62,504 nt of DNA, filler included, from Phoronis australis (GCA_002633005.1; 5 parts of 5 records of this genome joined end to end with filler, not necessarily neighbours in it), one strand, 5' to 3'; counted from the whole stretch's first letter, positions 37,651 to 51,865 are shown. A program made the numbers and translations. The notes: generated from the sequence alone by a model not told the origin.

Positions 37651-37840
37651 GAAGCCACAACAGTGGAAGGACAGTCGAAGGGACGTGAGCAAAATAACCA
37701 GTCGATCAAGAAGCCCCACCAGGGGGCGTGCCAGCTTCTTTTTGACTGAAAAACAAGATAAGCTTCCACCAAGGGACTTGACAACAAAATATTTTGGAGA
37801 ACATTTAGACAAGAAAACTGTCTTCAAACTGAATTTTTAA
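37651..37840 (+). CDS. Ankyrin-repeat protein, last coding exon
   Basis: ttacacag|G in phase 2, KPQQWKDSRRD...KTVFKLNF-TAA. AATAAA lies near 37913. Confidence 0.8.
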
Positions 37841-39665
37841 TTTTTTATCTTGTCAAGTTTACTTCAAAACATTCCAACTACAGGAGTTTTTTTGTTTTTT
37901 TTACTTGTGATAAATAAACAATTCAAAACAGATAAGCCGTAGTTATGTGGCCAGAGAGTGACACTCAAACAATATGGTCCCAGTTGGCCCTTCCCTCTGT
38001 AGGGTCACAGTATTGCACTCTAGATGTATTATAGGGGGTCCTGACACAGGTGTGGTAAGCATCTGGTATTGGTCAGTTCTGCACCTTCCACATACAGTAT
38101 TTAGTGATTTGTGAGCCTCATCTTGTGTGCCTGGCTAGAATCAGGAAATTCTGCTTCAGACTGGATATCAGTACCTCAAATAAAGACCAACATCCTGAAT
38201 GGACGAATGCTTGACAATACATAATTCATTTTTTCCAACCAGAAAAAAAATCACGACTTTTCAACGAAATAAATGCATTGTTGATTAACTGAAGGGTATT
38301 CAAAAATGTACTGGCACATTATTACAAGAGTTCAAAGTTAGTTCCTGTGGATCAGACTGTGTGCTTGGGTTACTGTTACACCTTGCTGTAAAGGTACAGA
38401 CCTAATCTGTTGCTCTTTAGGCATGTGAATGGCAAACGACTGGTCTTTGTAGAAAGAAAGTTTATTGTGAAACGCTATCGACAAGAAAGACAATAGATCA
38501 TCTTTCCAAGTTAATTAACAATGCATTTATAATTTTGTTTTATTGTAGGAGTTCCTTTCTGACCAACCTATTCTCCAGAAGTTCCTTTCTGTCCCCCTCT
38601 TTATGAATTTAGACCAGTAATGTTGTTCCTTAGTCATTAAAATATGCAGTTTTAATTTGTCTCAGAAACTCAAAAGTTTTTTCATGAAAATCATATAAGT
38701 GCTATTTGTTGATAGACCATCTTGCAAAAGTGGAAAAATAATTATTCATGTCTGCGTTTTAGAGAACAGCATAAAGCATGTGAATTTGATCAGTCATTTC
38801 TGAGGTATGATGGTCTAAAGTTTGCCAAATTTGGACATTTTTAGGTCCTATATAACCTTAAACTGTTTAATTTCTTTGCTAGTAAAAAGTAACGAGTTCT
38901 TAATTACAATAACCCGTTGACTGCTTTCACAGGTAATTACAGAATCTCGTAAGTTGTGATTTTCTGTTAGTCAACAGGTATGGATAGTAAAACATTCATA
39001 AGAACTTTTTATTTTGTTTTTTCATTGCAGATAAAAGCAACACATTGTCTTTTCTTTCAATGTTTGTCCATTAAATCTACAACACATTTTCATTTCATTC
39101 ACACTTAAATTGCCCCATGCTTTAAGTTTAAAGGGATACTAAACCCTGTTTTGATGATTTCAACCAATCCTCGTTCTGTCACTTGCTAATGCATTATTGG
39201 TGAAAAGCTTCTAAGTTAAAGGCAGGAACCTGCTTAAAACGAATACTCCTTATGTTACACATTGGACATTATAGTCCTGCCCGTTTAGCAGACTTTGAAG
39301 GGAGTTTCCAAAATTTCCTCCAAACTTTTGAGGGTTGTTGAGAGTTACAGAACATTATTTTGCTTCAGAGAACTGGATTGGAAAGTCATTCCTATGTACC
39401 CACATATTGCCGTCATCTTTGTCTAGGAGTTCGTTTTCTGCGCCATGTGGTGGCAATTTAAAAAAAATGGAGTATATATTTTTACGTCTGCCATCCTATA
39501 TGCCAATCTGCTCATAGGATGATTATGAAAATTGGAAGATGTGACCCTGATGAGAAGACGGCAGCTGACACTGATTTTCGGACGGGCTCGACTGCTGTGG
39601 CGACCCCCAATGGCATTTTACTTGGCAGAATTCTTCAAATGCCAACAAGTATGTTGGTCATCCAT

Positions 39666-41790
39666 CAATTTTTTTTTCGCACGATACAGGTCGCAATTTC
39701 CGTCCGATCATCACGAAATTTACACATAACACGTACTTCTGGAAGTACTGGAAGCCTATTGTTTTTCGTCATAATCGGATACAAGATGGCGGCTGTGGCG
39801 GCCATTTTGTTTTCATTTTAAGATTCAAAGGCTTCTGGAGGCTACAATCATTTTTTTACGTACAGGTTTTAAACTCAGCACAATAAATGGACTGGATGTG
39901 CACTACATGTGTACCGGAAATTCTTTACTTCTGTTCAAAGATGGCGGAAATATTGGCATTCGCGCATGGGCACCTCGATTTCGGGAAAAAACCGTTTTCT
40001 CCTGTAGAGGGTGCAATATAAGGCTAATTTCTTTGAATTTTTGCAGTTATTAGTTTTTTACGACTTGCTATTAGACAAAGCCAAAAAAACGAAGGTTGCT
40101 TTCAAGATGGCGGATCTGGCGCATGTTGACCTATTTTCAGTCGTGCTGAAGTGCCACTTAAACGGGAGGAGAAAATGACGTGAATTTTTGCATTTGGATT
40201 TTTTACGGTATACTCTTTCAAATGAACTCCAACAATTTTTTCTCAGTCTTACCGTTTTTGAGTTATTTGACTTTGAATTTCTTTAAAAAAACGCAAAACT
40301 TCATTTGTTTTCGAAAAATTTACGGAATTGTGTGATACTATCAACTTAAACAGAGTTTTGAACGGGCTTTCAGAAGATTTTTCATTTTCCGCTACGACCT
40401 CTACTTTTCGAATTTTTCGAGATTTTCTGATAGCGCTGTTCCTATGTTGAGCTCTCTTACTGTATTGATGTTGGTTAAGCTTCAATTGAACAATACTGTA
40501 GCCTATTTCTTACTGATTTATGACATCTAAGTTCGTCATATGAATGTCATGATGTTTTTTCATCGTCGCCCCCACCATCATCATATTCGTCATCTTCGTC
40601 ATCATCTCCGTCGTTGTCTTTTCAGTTAATTTCGCCAAGTGTCACTCAAGACTGTAGCCTATTTCTTACTGATTTCGGACTTCTACGTTTGTCATGTGTA
40701 TGTTATTACTTCGATTGTTCATCCTCGCCACCATCGTCATATTCATCATCTTCGTCATCATCTTTATCGTCATCTTTTTGGTTAATTTCGCCAAGTGTCG
40801 CTCCTTGGAGCGCTTTCATTTTTTTTTGTTCGCACGATACAGGTCGCAATTTTCGTCCAATCATCACGAAGTGTTCACATAACACGTAGTTTCGGAAGTA
40901 CTGGAAGCCTATTGTTTTTCGTCATAATCGGATCCAAGATGGCGGCTGTGGCGGCCATTTTGTTTTCATTTTAAGATTCGAAGGCTTCTGGGGACTACAA
41001 TTTTTATGTACAGGATTGAAACTCGGCAAAATTATTGGACTGGACGTGCGCTACACCTATTCTGGAAATTGTTTACTTCCGGTTAAATATGGCGGAAATA
41101 TTGGCGATCGCGCATGCGCACCTCGATTTTGGCCTAAAAACCTTTTCTCCTGTAGAGGGCGCATTATTGGGCCAATTCATTCGAATTTTTGCAAGTATTA
41201 GTGTCTTAGGACATGCTATTATACAGAGCCAAAAAACCCGAAGTTGCTTTCAAGATGGCGGATATGGCGCATGTTGACCCATTTTCAGTCGTGCTGGACA
41301 CTGCCATTTTAAACGGGGAGAGAAAAAGACGTGATTATTTGCATGTGGATTCTCTGAGGTATACTCTTTCAAATGACCTGTAACAATTTTTCTTAGACTT
41401 ACAGTTTTCGAGTTATTTGACTTTGAATTTCTTTAAAAAATGCAAAATTTCATTTTTTTCGAAAAATTTACGGAATTGTGTGCTACTAACAGTTTAGATA
41501 GAGCTTTGAACGGGCTTTCAGAAGATGTTTTCCATTTTTCGCTAGGACGTCTACTTTTCGAGTTATTCGAGATTTTCTGATAGCGCTGTTCCTTTGGTGA
41601 GCGCTCTTGCTGCGTTGATGATGGTTTAGCTTCTATTGAACAACACTTCAGCCTATTTCTTAGTAATTCCTTGCTAGTCACATGAATGTTATCGTGTTGT
41701 TCATAATCGCCGCCTTCATCGTCATGGTCGTCGTCCTCCCCATAGGCGTCCTGTTTTCGCTTAATTTCGCCAAGTGTCATCCGAGCGCTC
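39666..41790. repeat. Two diverged tandem copies of a ~1.15-kb unit embedded in HINE-like sequence
   Basis: ttcgcacgatacaggtcgcaattt starts near 39677 and 40829, and both copies end ttaatttcgccaagtgtc. The TCA/TCG-rich tail is additionally duplicated at 40650-40800. Flanks 39400-39650 and 41790-42020 resemble HINE units. Confidence 0.85.
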
Positions 41791-42025
41791 TCGTTTGTTT
41801 TTTGCGTCCATAGCTGTATCTCCTTTACTCTTTAGACAATCTTTGTGAAAATTGGCTGATATGTTCCTATGATGATGATAATGAATGACTGAGTTTTAGA
41901 CCAACCCGGTTACATATTTGCCCCTTAATGACAGCTTTAGCTTTTTACGTTTGCATCTGTAGTCTGTATCTTCTGATCGAGTTCCTTAATGGATGTTCAT
42001 GAAATTTAGCATATAGGTTGTTATT

Positions 42026-43349
42026 ATGCAAAGTGCATAAAAGTTTAAGGAAAGACATTAGTTAGTCATTTCACATCAATTCATATACAAACTGGTCAAA
42101 ATTGTTACCTTTTGTAAGGTTTTAATCAACTAATTAGCTCAAATTCCAAAACGGGCCGGCTGTCGAGGCCTGTCCCGTATTGGAATCGGCGACAGTAGCC
42201 CGGCTTTTAAGTTGATGCAAAGTGCATAAAAGTTTAAGGAAAGACATTAGTTGGTCATTTCACATCAATTCATATACAAACTGGTCAAAATTGTTACCTT
42301 TTGAAAGGTTTTAATCAACTAATTAGCTCAAATTCTAATACGGGCCGGCCGGTGAGGCCTGTCCCCGGGCTGTATTGGAATCGGCGACAGTAGGCCTTTA
42401 AAGTTGGTGCAAAATACGTAAAAGTTCATGGAAAGACATTAGATGGTCATTTTATACCAATTTATATACTAAATTGTCGAAATAGTTACCTTTGAAAGTT
42501 TTTAATCGCCTAATTAGCTCAAATTCCATTACGGGCCGGCTGTGAGCTGGCCTGTCCCATATCGGCGACAGTAGGCCTTTAAAGTTGGTGCAAAATACGA
42601 AAAAGTTCATGGAAAGACATTAGACGGTCCTTTTATACCAATCAATATGCAAACTTAGAAATTGTTACCTTTGAAAGTTTTTAATCACCTAATTAACCCA
42701 AATTCCAATACGAACCCGTAAGATCCCTGGGACGGTGAAGGAGGCCGCCTGAACTGTCAAAAAAACCCAAAACGCCTCTTCCGAATTGTGATCAGAACAT
42801 GTCACAATGTTCAACATAACGTGTAGTTTGGTTGGCACAATTATTTCGATGTTGGGAGCTTTGCATTTATGTCATTTTGAAGCCGATGTTTTGATCGCCG
42901 CGCGATTCCAATACGGGCCGCTGTCGAGTGTGTGTCCCGTATTGGAATCGGCGGTAGTAGGCCTTTAAAGTTGGTAGAAAATACGTGGAAATTTAACAGC
43001 ATATTTTAGCATGATCTTTTTATATGTAGCAATATTCAAATCCGTCGAAAATGTTCTGGTAGAAGCTAAATTTTAAAAAATGTTTGCCTTGCACTCCTGA
43101 AACTCGTAATAGCCACCATTTTGAATTTAGCCTTGGTCAATCTCGCACAAAGATTGAGGATTTAATAGCAACACGACGTTGTGGGTGTCCGTTTTATATT
43201 AAAATTATGAAAGGAAACCTCCATTTTATGAAAACATAGCGAATTATAAAGTTTTGTAGTCAATTTATCGTTTTAAAGTATTATTCCAACACGGGCCGCC
43301 TGTATTGGAATATTCCAATACGGGCCAGATTCCAATACGGACCGGAACA
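42026..43349. repeat. ~190-bp tandem array ending in a transposon-like terminus
   Basis: Units start near 42026, 42214, 42408 and 42587, with a partial unit near 42966. Each carries ttccaatacgggcc, usually with gtattggaat. The array ends ttccaatacggaccggaACA at 43349. Confidence 0.8.
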
Positions 43350-46300
43350 ATGATGCCCTCTAGTTTTCACACGATTTTGGGGTATTGTTTGCCACCTGGC
43401 GGCAATTTTTAATTTTTTTGTGTATATTTTTTCAAAGGATAATTTTGAAATTTAGCGGATGTTTTCCTGATGAAAAGGCCATGCACAGCTGACCCTGATT
43501 TTCGGACAAGTTTGACTACTGTGGTGAGCCTTAGTGGCAATATTTTGGGGTTTTTTGCGTCCATGGATATATCTCCTTAACTCTTTGGAGGATCTTTGTG
43601 AAATGTGACAGATGTGTTCCTACATTCCGGGCTTCATTTTGGCCTGAGAATTATTTTAGGGGCTCATTAAATCCTTATCGGCTGAACCAATCTAATTGAA
43701 ACTTCATGCTAGGTCGCCAGTGAGGCCTGCTGTGCATAGCTAATGATGACCTTTGCTCCAGGCAGGGAGCTACTTTTAAACTAAAACTATCAAACCAGAT
43801 TACTTTGATGGTATTTGACAATCTGCCATTTTCACTTCAGATTTAAACCGACTCCGAATTGTTTATTTGTGTTAGTAAAACAGAATCTTGTCTACCGCAA
43901 TTTTTCAATTTTCAGCTAATGCTTACAAGTTACAGTTCCTGGGAAACATAAACACTTCGTTTAAGTTTGATAACTCAAGTGACAATAATTTTGGGTGCAA
44001 AATGGTCTCCAAATTGCAACTAACGAAACGGCAACGACTTTCTCTATTGAGGAACAGTTCTATGCCTAAGTACACGTCTAACTTTTAATAATCGCCATGT
44101 GTAATCTCCATGTGATGAAAGTGGACAGATTTAAAATCTATGAACTTGCCAATAATGTCGTACGCTTGTGTTAAAATCCGACAAACTCTTTTGAAGCTCT
44201 GACCTAAACACTTCAATTTTCGATTGATATCATAGAGCCCGTCAATAAAGGCTCATTCATACTATTGGGAGACTTGTGATGTCATGATACATCAAGCGTG
44301 ATTAAGCCCCAGTATTGCCATTTTTTTCTTCAAAGTCTAGCGCTATGATTAGTCAGAGATTGTGGAGCTTTTACATACATTTTTGAAATTTCGTCCTGAG
44401 AAAGTAGTCTGTTATGTAAAAGTGCTTTCAACACCTCCATTATAGAAATAGTTGGATTTCTGTGCAATAGTATCTAAACATCCTCGTTGCTCATGCCGCT
44501 TTATAAGAGACGTACTAGTGTGATAATTCTGGTCATTGTTAATTTTACTCTTAACACAAATAGACCATGTTTACTTCTTCATAATGTTAAATAGGTTAAC
44601 ATTTCTCTTACCCCTCGTAAAATCCGTGAATTGGCCTATCCCTTAACTTTTATTAGTTGCGATGCCAAAAAACAGACGCTCGAATATAAGCAAGGCGCAA
44701 ATGAGTATTTGTAGGCACTGCTAAAGTGCCTGCCCTGCAGACTATTATATTGTTTTGTGACTAAAACACCGAAATTTTAAACTTGATCCGTCACTATACC
44801 GCAACTACGCAACCACACGTTGACAACATAGCTCTAGTACTATGTCATGATTGTAGCTAACTCGTACGCATACATTTATAGTAAAAATAAAATAACTGTA
44901 ACTTCAAACAAATGCCTTTTATGGTTAAACCAATAACAAAAGACATATACGTACAGCATCAGAAAATTAATGTATTAGGTCTTCCCCAGATTTCAAAAAG
45001 GTTGTGTTCATGACTTACTACAAAATACTCGTATGTTAATAAATACTATCTACTATCTAACAACTGTTGCAATATAAAAGATATACAGTGAGAACAAAGA
45101 TGGATAAAATAGGAAAGGAATATCAAGAAATACAAACTACGAACAACAGAGTACAATCATAATTAAAAGACAGAGATCGTTTAAGTTAAGGGTATCTGAA
45201 CTGGTGGCTTATTTCATGACCTTGGCTTCCATTATAAGCATAGCGGTTTTTATAAGCAACAAGCTGAATTTCAGGGTTGTGCAAGCCTTTGTCTTATATG
45301 GTCTTTCGTACGTCTGGAAAACTTAATGATGACGCGTACAGCAAATGTTTAAGTGACAAAATTTAGGAAATATTCTAGGCCTATATTCACCAACTAACTG
45401 TTATCATAAATGAGCGTGAATAAAAAACCCTGACGATTCCATCACGTGACACATCGCGTGAGCATAAACTTTCAAAGAGGTGGACAAACTCATGTTCAGC
45501 AGTATTCAACAGTACTTTGCTGCTTAAATGAGGAAGTGAGAAACATGGAAACCGCTGTAAGTGTAGTCAAAAACCAACCAGATGATCTCCGAAACAAGTA
45601 AAAACATTTGTTTAGGATGTCAAACAGCAAAACTACATTTATTAATAGCAACTAATCGCTTTTTACCGGAGCCGTAAGTCCACTAGGTTCACACCGAGAT
45701 ACCTTTAAATGAACACAGTGCAGTGTAATGTACAAACTATTGTTTTTTTAAGTATATCAACAGCAACGTTTGCTAACCAACCATACTCTAAAAACGCATC
45801 ATGTTTTACAAATGAATAACAATTGCTGCAAGTTCACCATAATTCTCAATCTAGCACCTTCCCCCGTTACAATAATCGTAATTAAAATACTAAATATCAC
45901 AGGGAAATAAAAAATAAAAACACCGATCCCCTATAGTATGTTTACAAATACGGAACATCTTAGGACTCTTCTCATATGAAAACAACTCCACTGCCCAGTT
46001 TGTAACCCATACTAACGTTTTGTAACCAAAGACTGTTCAAAACATGAAGACTGACCAAGCACACCAAACAAAACTGAGTAATAAAGGTCAAACATGATGT
46101 TGCATTATTGACCTAACATAAATACCAATTCCTTAACCATTCAGCAATCAAGTAGAGCTATGAAGGTCAGATACCCAACACCGCTGCCACAAGTGGCCTA
46201 CAACTTAGCCACCAGGTATGGCTTCACTGGCTCAGCCATGCATATTGTCAATCAATGCGGTGGTAACAAAGCTGGCTTATGTGTCTGTCTTATGGTTCAT

Positions 46301-46879
46301 AGGGACTTGCCTAAAATTAACCAGAAATTGCGACTACAGCCGTTAAATTATAAAACTGACATCGTTCAATGATACTGTTTTCAGAAGGATTGCAAGCATT
46401 AGTTTGATTACAAATGGTTTTCAGTAACCTATGTTAGTTTCGCATGTTTGTCCGAGGGGCCTCTGTTCACACACCCATAACGAAAAAAATTTATTGGGCG
46501 AACCCCACTTTGATGCAGATTTGTAGTAGCCAAAGACCCAAATTCAAGATTTAAAAACTTAATCAAAAAATTAAAACTGTGTGGAACACCACCATTTTAA
46601 AAAAATGTCCCAATTAATAACCTACAGATCAATCATTTCGATGTTTTCAAACGTTTTTTCCTACCACCAGGTGGTACAAAGTCAAAGCCCTTGACTTGCT
46701 GCAACAGAACAAGCTAAGCGGAGAAACCTGCCACTCAACTCCGCTACGTTACGTTTGTTATATTTTCAAAGCGCCTTGAGAAAGCCACACAAATGGCCAA
46801 TAAACGACACATTTCTGGGGACTTAAAAAATTTTCAATTCAACGTTTCAAAAAGCGACACAAATGGCCAATAAAAGACA

Positions 46880-47000
46880 CAGTTGCGGATCTACGTATTC
46901 AGTAAAGGGGTATGATATTCGCGCCATGCGCGAATCCGAGTCGCGAAGCGCCGAGTGGGAGAGGTTACCCCCCTCCCGTGTACGGCATTTTTTGTTTTTG
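46880..47000 (+). mobile_element. hAT-like MITE left end (related to 59915-60002)
   Basis: cagttgcggatctacgtattcagtaaagggg versus caggggcggatctacgttttcagtaaggggg. Confidence 0.55.
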
Positions 47001-47368
47001 TAGTTAAATAGTGCAATTGCCATGCATCCTGGTGAGTTCGTGGCAGTTAACGTGTCTCTGGAGTTTTTCTTATGATGATTTAAACCCCCTTCTCGATTTC
47101 ATCACATAGACTTGGCTCATAAGTTAAGTAAAATCATATTAATTTTGTGCACATCTGGGTATCAGTCACGCCACCATGCTGCAAAATGTTAGTTGAAACA
47201 TCTGTCTACACACACCGATTTTTAGCATACGAAAAGTCGTACACGGAAAAGTGGAGTGTGCCTACAGGGGTTTAGACAACTACCAAATATTCAAGAGCAT
47301 AAGGAGTACCAACGGCCATGTAAAAACCCAACGCTTGAATAACTTATCTGATGATCGCGTGACAGAAG

Positions 47369-50077
47369 TGATACGCCTTAAAATGTAACAATTTCGTAAA
47401 GTATAGCAACTTACATTTTACGTTGCTCAGTCTCTCTTAAAATGTAACAAGTCGTTACATTTTACGTAGTTGTTACATTTCACGTCGAACGCACATGCGA
47501 GAAATGTACCATTGTAACATTGCAAAGAAAGACCAAAATAACTAACAAAGGGTATCTGACAAGGTCAGGGACAAAAACTGACCATTTAGAGACTAATTTG
47601 AATAAAAGTTCACATTTTCACACACTTCTGTTCCAGAAATTCAGGAAAAGCACCTTTTACATATAATTTTGGTTGCATGTTTTTGTAGTCCAAAAGGCCG
47701 ACAGACAGCTTTTTTAGACTATTGCCCCCTTTAACTATCGACCTAGACCAGGTTTGAACAAAATGATCATGTCCTTTAATTATGCGAAATGTTTTCAATT
47801 TCGCAAGCTAGGCACCCCATTTTTACGTATACACGGTACGGTTTGACTTGTTGTTACCACCACTATTTCAGACAGATTCGACACCATAGGGACAGTGATA
47901 TTTCTTTCAGCTTTTAAGCTGTATAAAACACGTTACTATGTCGTCATTTTTATAAACTATTGGCTGGCCCTTCTGAAATGTTTTGGAAAAATCTGTCAAC
48001 CTGCCGGCAAATAAATGCTTGCTTTTGGTTCTTTCCACCACAATGTCTTTAAGAAATTGTAATTCGTTGCTAAGGTGGTAGACAGAAGCCATCGGCATCA
48101 GAAACTTTGGTCTCACTCCTTTTTGTGTGGAGCAGGGCAATTACTGCATTAGTGATGTCTCCAATGCAATAAGACACTGGCAGAAATAGGACAACCTATC
48201 GTGGACTATTGTTATTTCTACCACACTGGCTTCCTAAATCGAATTCTCCGTGAAAATGTTGTTATTGTCGTTTCTGATGGAAGAAATACGATGAATATCA
48301 GCCAAATACGATGCCATTGTTGTGCTTACCAAGACAAGTGTGTTTACTGTAATGCCGGATACACAATTGGTTTATGAGCTGTGCATGTCAACAAAAGATT
48401 GCAAGAACGCTTTAGTAATGAAAAACTTGTTACCTGATCCTGGAAACTCCTTTCGTGTGAAGTTGAAACTGTACGCTGTACATTTTTTACTGTACCGTAA
48501 AACGTCTCATGGTATAAAACATGGAAAACACATAGACCCCATTCACGTCGACAGGAAGCGAGTTCCAAAACGAAGCTCGCTACGATAGCTGTATTCCCCG
48601 TTGCTCGAACGCGGGCTAGGAAAAATACGGACATTCAACTGTCTGTTTTACAATCTCCGACTAAGGACGCTGAGATGCGGAAGCGACGAAAGAAAATATG
48701 TTCGTGTAAAGTTTATAAATGTTTTCGAAAAGTTAGATCATATTTGATAGCATCTCGTTGCCAACTAAGACGAGTGGAGAATCTTCGGCCAGCGAGGCTC
48801 AGTGTGTTTTCATGATGCATTTTTCTTTCCAAAAAAGGACTGGGCCCTCAATCCCTCGATTTTGGAGCCGAATATCTCTTCGAAGTTCAAATCATCTGGA
48901 GTGAACCACAAACTCTGGTGACAATTTCAAAGAGCACAAAATGCTACTTGAGACATAGCCTATGAGAGCTTGCAACAGAGTGGGGGTTTATTGATGGTGA
49001 TCGGGAGCTAGATTTTTCCCGTCACTCGGCGAAAAAATCCCCCTCTTGAAGGCACAGGCATATTTCAGTCCCCTTGCCGGGATGAACGAACGAGGTCCCT
49101 GAAGAAACATGATAACTATGCTTGCTCTGTCCAGTTAACTGAAATTGAGCTCTAAAACGAGGTCATGCTTTAGACGAACGAATTAGGTACAGTGTACGTG
49201 TTTTAATTTTAAAATTCAATTTGGTACAGATTGATATTTGAAGCCTAACACATGCAATAGACGTAAGAATTATTAAAACCAAGAAAGCAGAATTGATGGT
49301 CAAATAATTTTTATTTTCAGTTACGAGCCAGGTTTTTTATTTTAATAAAAATATATTTAATAACATCAATTATTTTTTCAGACAAATGACAAATCAGTTG
49401 TTAGTCCCGTTAGTCCCTACCTCACCAGGACCTAACTAGACTTTGCTTGATGTTAATATTCTTGATTAACAAATTAAACCAGATGTACATGACAGCAAAA
49501 TGCTGTCGAATATTTCATCAAGTCGTCAACAATAAGAGTAGACGAACTGGTTCGTGTGGAAATTAGCATTTTTATCAACAATTTACAAGAAGAAACGTAA
49601 CCCTGCATTCAGCATAATATCTAGCCGTAATTTGGTCATATTTGCTTTTCATGTTTTAAACCTAGTTTTCCGAAAAAAGACAACTCTTTGGTGCATTGAC
49701 TTGTTCTCTAATGTATTTTTTGTGTCTCTGTGGTTAATTATTTTTAAGATTTAATATCCAGGTTGGCCATTTAACTCACGCACTATCAACTTCGGCTTTG
49801 TTTATCGCATAGGGACACATCTATCAATCCGACCTGGTACAATCCGAGAAAGAAGGCGTTAAGTATGTGAACAATTTTCCTCCGTGTGACAAATACCATG
49901 CAAACTCGTGAAATATGACGTCGCTTTCGTAAAATATAACAATGGTACATTTCTTGCATGTGCATTCGACGTAAATTGTAACAATTACATAAAATTAATA
50001 ACTTGTTACATTTTAGGAGTGGCCTAAATGTAACAGACACATAAAATGTAGCAGTTGTTACATTTTACGGCGTATCA
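47369..50077. mobile_element. 2.7-kb TIR element with TG...CA ends and AAAATGTAACAA subterminal repeats, unclassified
   Basis: TGATACGCCTTAAAATGTAACAA (47369) / TTGTTACATTTTACGGCGTATCA (ends 50077). Multiple tgtaacaa/ttgttaca motifs at both ends. No exact TSD. Confidence 0.75.
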
Positions 50078-50299
50078 GAGCAACCTCAAGTTGTTTTCGA
50101 ACGATCGAAAACCGGCACTGTTACGTCCGGAAATAAACATTGTGTTCTGTCTCGTTGCGAGAAAAACTGACGAACTATCGGTGATCTCAGCTGACAGTCT
50201 ATTATTAAAAGCGACTATAAACACTTAAGTATCACTTTTATTAAGGTGGATCACCTTAGCTGTATGTCGCAACAATTGAATAACGTCAAATGTATCAGG

Positions 50300-50760
50300 T
50301 ATCAAAGCATAATGTACACTGTGGTTAAAAGATATACAAGACCAGTTCACCGAGGGACCAGAAGTACAATGAGAGTCAATATCTACACATATAATCTGGC
50401 CTGGTCCGTCATGAGACCAACAGAACACCTGTGTTAATTGTCCCTATAAAATAGTCGTTATGTCGCGTGGCCAAACAGTACCGACTGAGGTAAAGCACAC
50501 TGTGGTGAAAAGGTATCAAAAGACTTAGCTCGCCGAGGGACCAGAAGTACACTGAGAGTCAATATCTACACAAATAATCTGTCCTCGTCCGTCGACTAGA
50601 AGACAAGAAGTTCGCTATGCTAAATATCTCTAAAAAATATTAGAACTGTCGCGAGACCAAATAAGTAGGCTTACTGGCTGCTCAGTAGATATAGCTTTAC
50701 AAGACCAGTTCGCCGAGAGAGTCAATAGCTTCACAAATAAAATGGCTTGGTTCGTTGCGA
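50300..50760. repeat. Three degenerate ~180-bp tandem units
   Basis: caagaccagttc(a/g)ccgag...gagagtcaatat recurs near 50337, 50518 and 50700. Confidence 0.7.
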
Positions 50761-50829
50761 AACCTAAAGAACACTATGCAGGCCCCTAAACAAGATCATT
50801 GGAGTGCTAAGCACACTAGTCAGTAATAC

Positions 50830-51850
50830 ACAAGCTGTTCCGTTTCTTATATGCGGTAGTATACATATTTCACAACTAAGATATTGGGATTACATAATAG
50901 TCTATAAACTTTAAACAAAGAGGGACTTGTCCAGAGGCTCTCACTTATAAACTTGACTCTGATTTCGAGAAAAGCGTCGCAAATTAACAAAAAGTGATAT
51001 TCATCCTCGACACAATTCCTCGAGCATAATGTTCACACTCTGTCTTGATATATCACATTTACGTGACGACCAGTTTCTACTGCCAGTCTGTGGTTTGCAC
51101 ATCGAAAACGTGTAAAACTTTGCATGAACATTATTGGAAAATTTTCAATTTGAACATAGTTTTCATGATTAAATACAACCTTCAAATTTTTGTAATCGTT
51201 TAACTTAGAATTGTAATCAACATTGGACTGCCATCTTTGCAAAGCACAGTCCTTAACCCGTTGTGAGAAAATATTTACAAACGACTCTTAACATGCCACT
51301 AATTGGTTTACTCAAACATCATAGAAACCATATATTGACAATAAATTGCGGACTGAGCTTACCCAATTATAAAAATGTCTACCATTTTCATCTAGTTTGT
51401 ACAACATGTTCTAAGCGGCCCTTGGATAACGTTCCTGTGGCGTATTCAAAATTTTAAATCAGTATTTAATACAGCTAACAAAATATCTCGTAAACATTGG
51501 GTATCTGCCACATTCTCCCAATACTGCAGCGTTAGAGCAAGAGCTGCCAAGTCCCAGGGTCCATTTACAAATTTTTAAATGATTTTTTTTCTAAACCCTC
51601 GTATTTTTTAAAACTCCAAATATCGGCACCATAACGCAATGTTGGATACACCAGTTTATCAAATAACAATTATTTTGGTTTTCTTTAAATTCACAGCCAT
51701 ACCCTATGAATCACAATAATCATTGAGACAATTCAACCTACGTGAATTGGGTTTTTCTAAAAACTCAGATACAAAACAAATAGTAGACGGCTTTTCATAC
51801 AGCCTTGTCGAGAACCAATAGTGCAATAAACAAGACTGATAAACCATCAC
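50830..51850 (-). pseudogene. 5'-truncated non-LTR retrotransposon (LINE) ORF2 3' end, RTEX/CR1-group type
   Basis: LFDKLVYPTLRYGADIW, FCKWTLGLGSSCSNAAVLGECGRYP, FTRFRCANHRLAVETGR and CSRNCVEDEYHFLLIC, interrupted by stops and frameshifts. Confidence 0.85.
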
Positions 51851-51865
51851 GTGTTTTACCACCGG

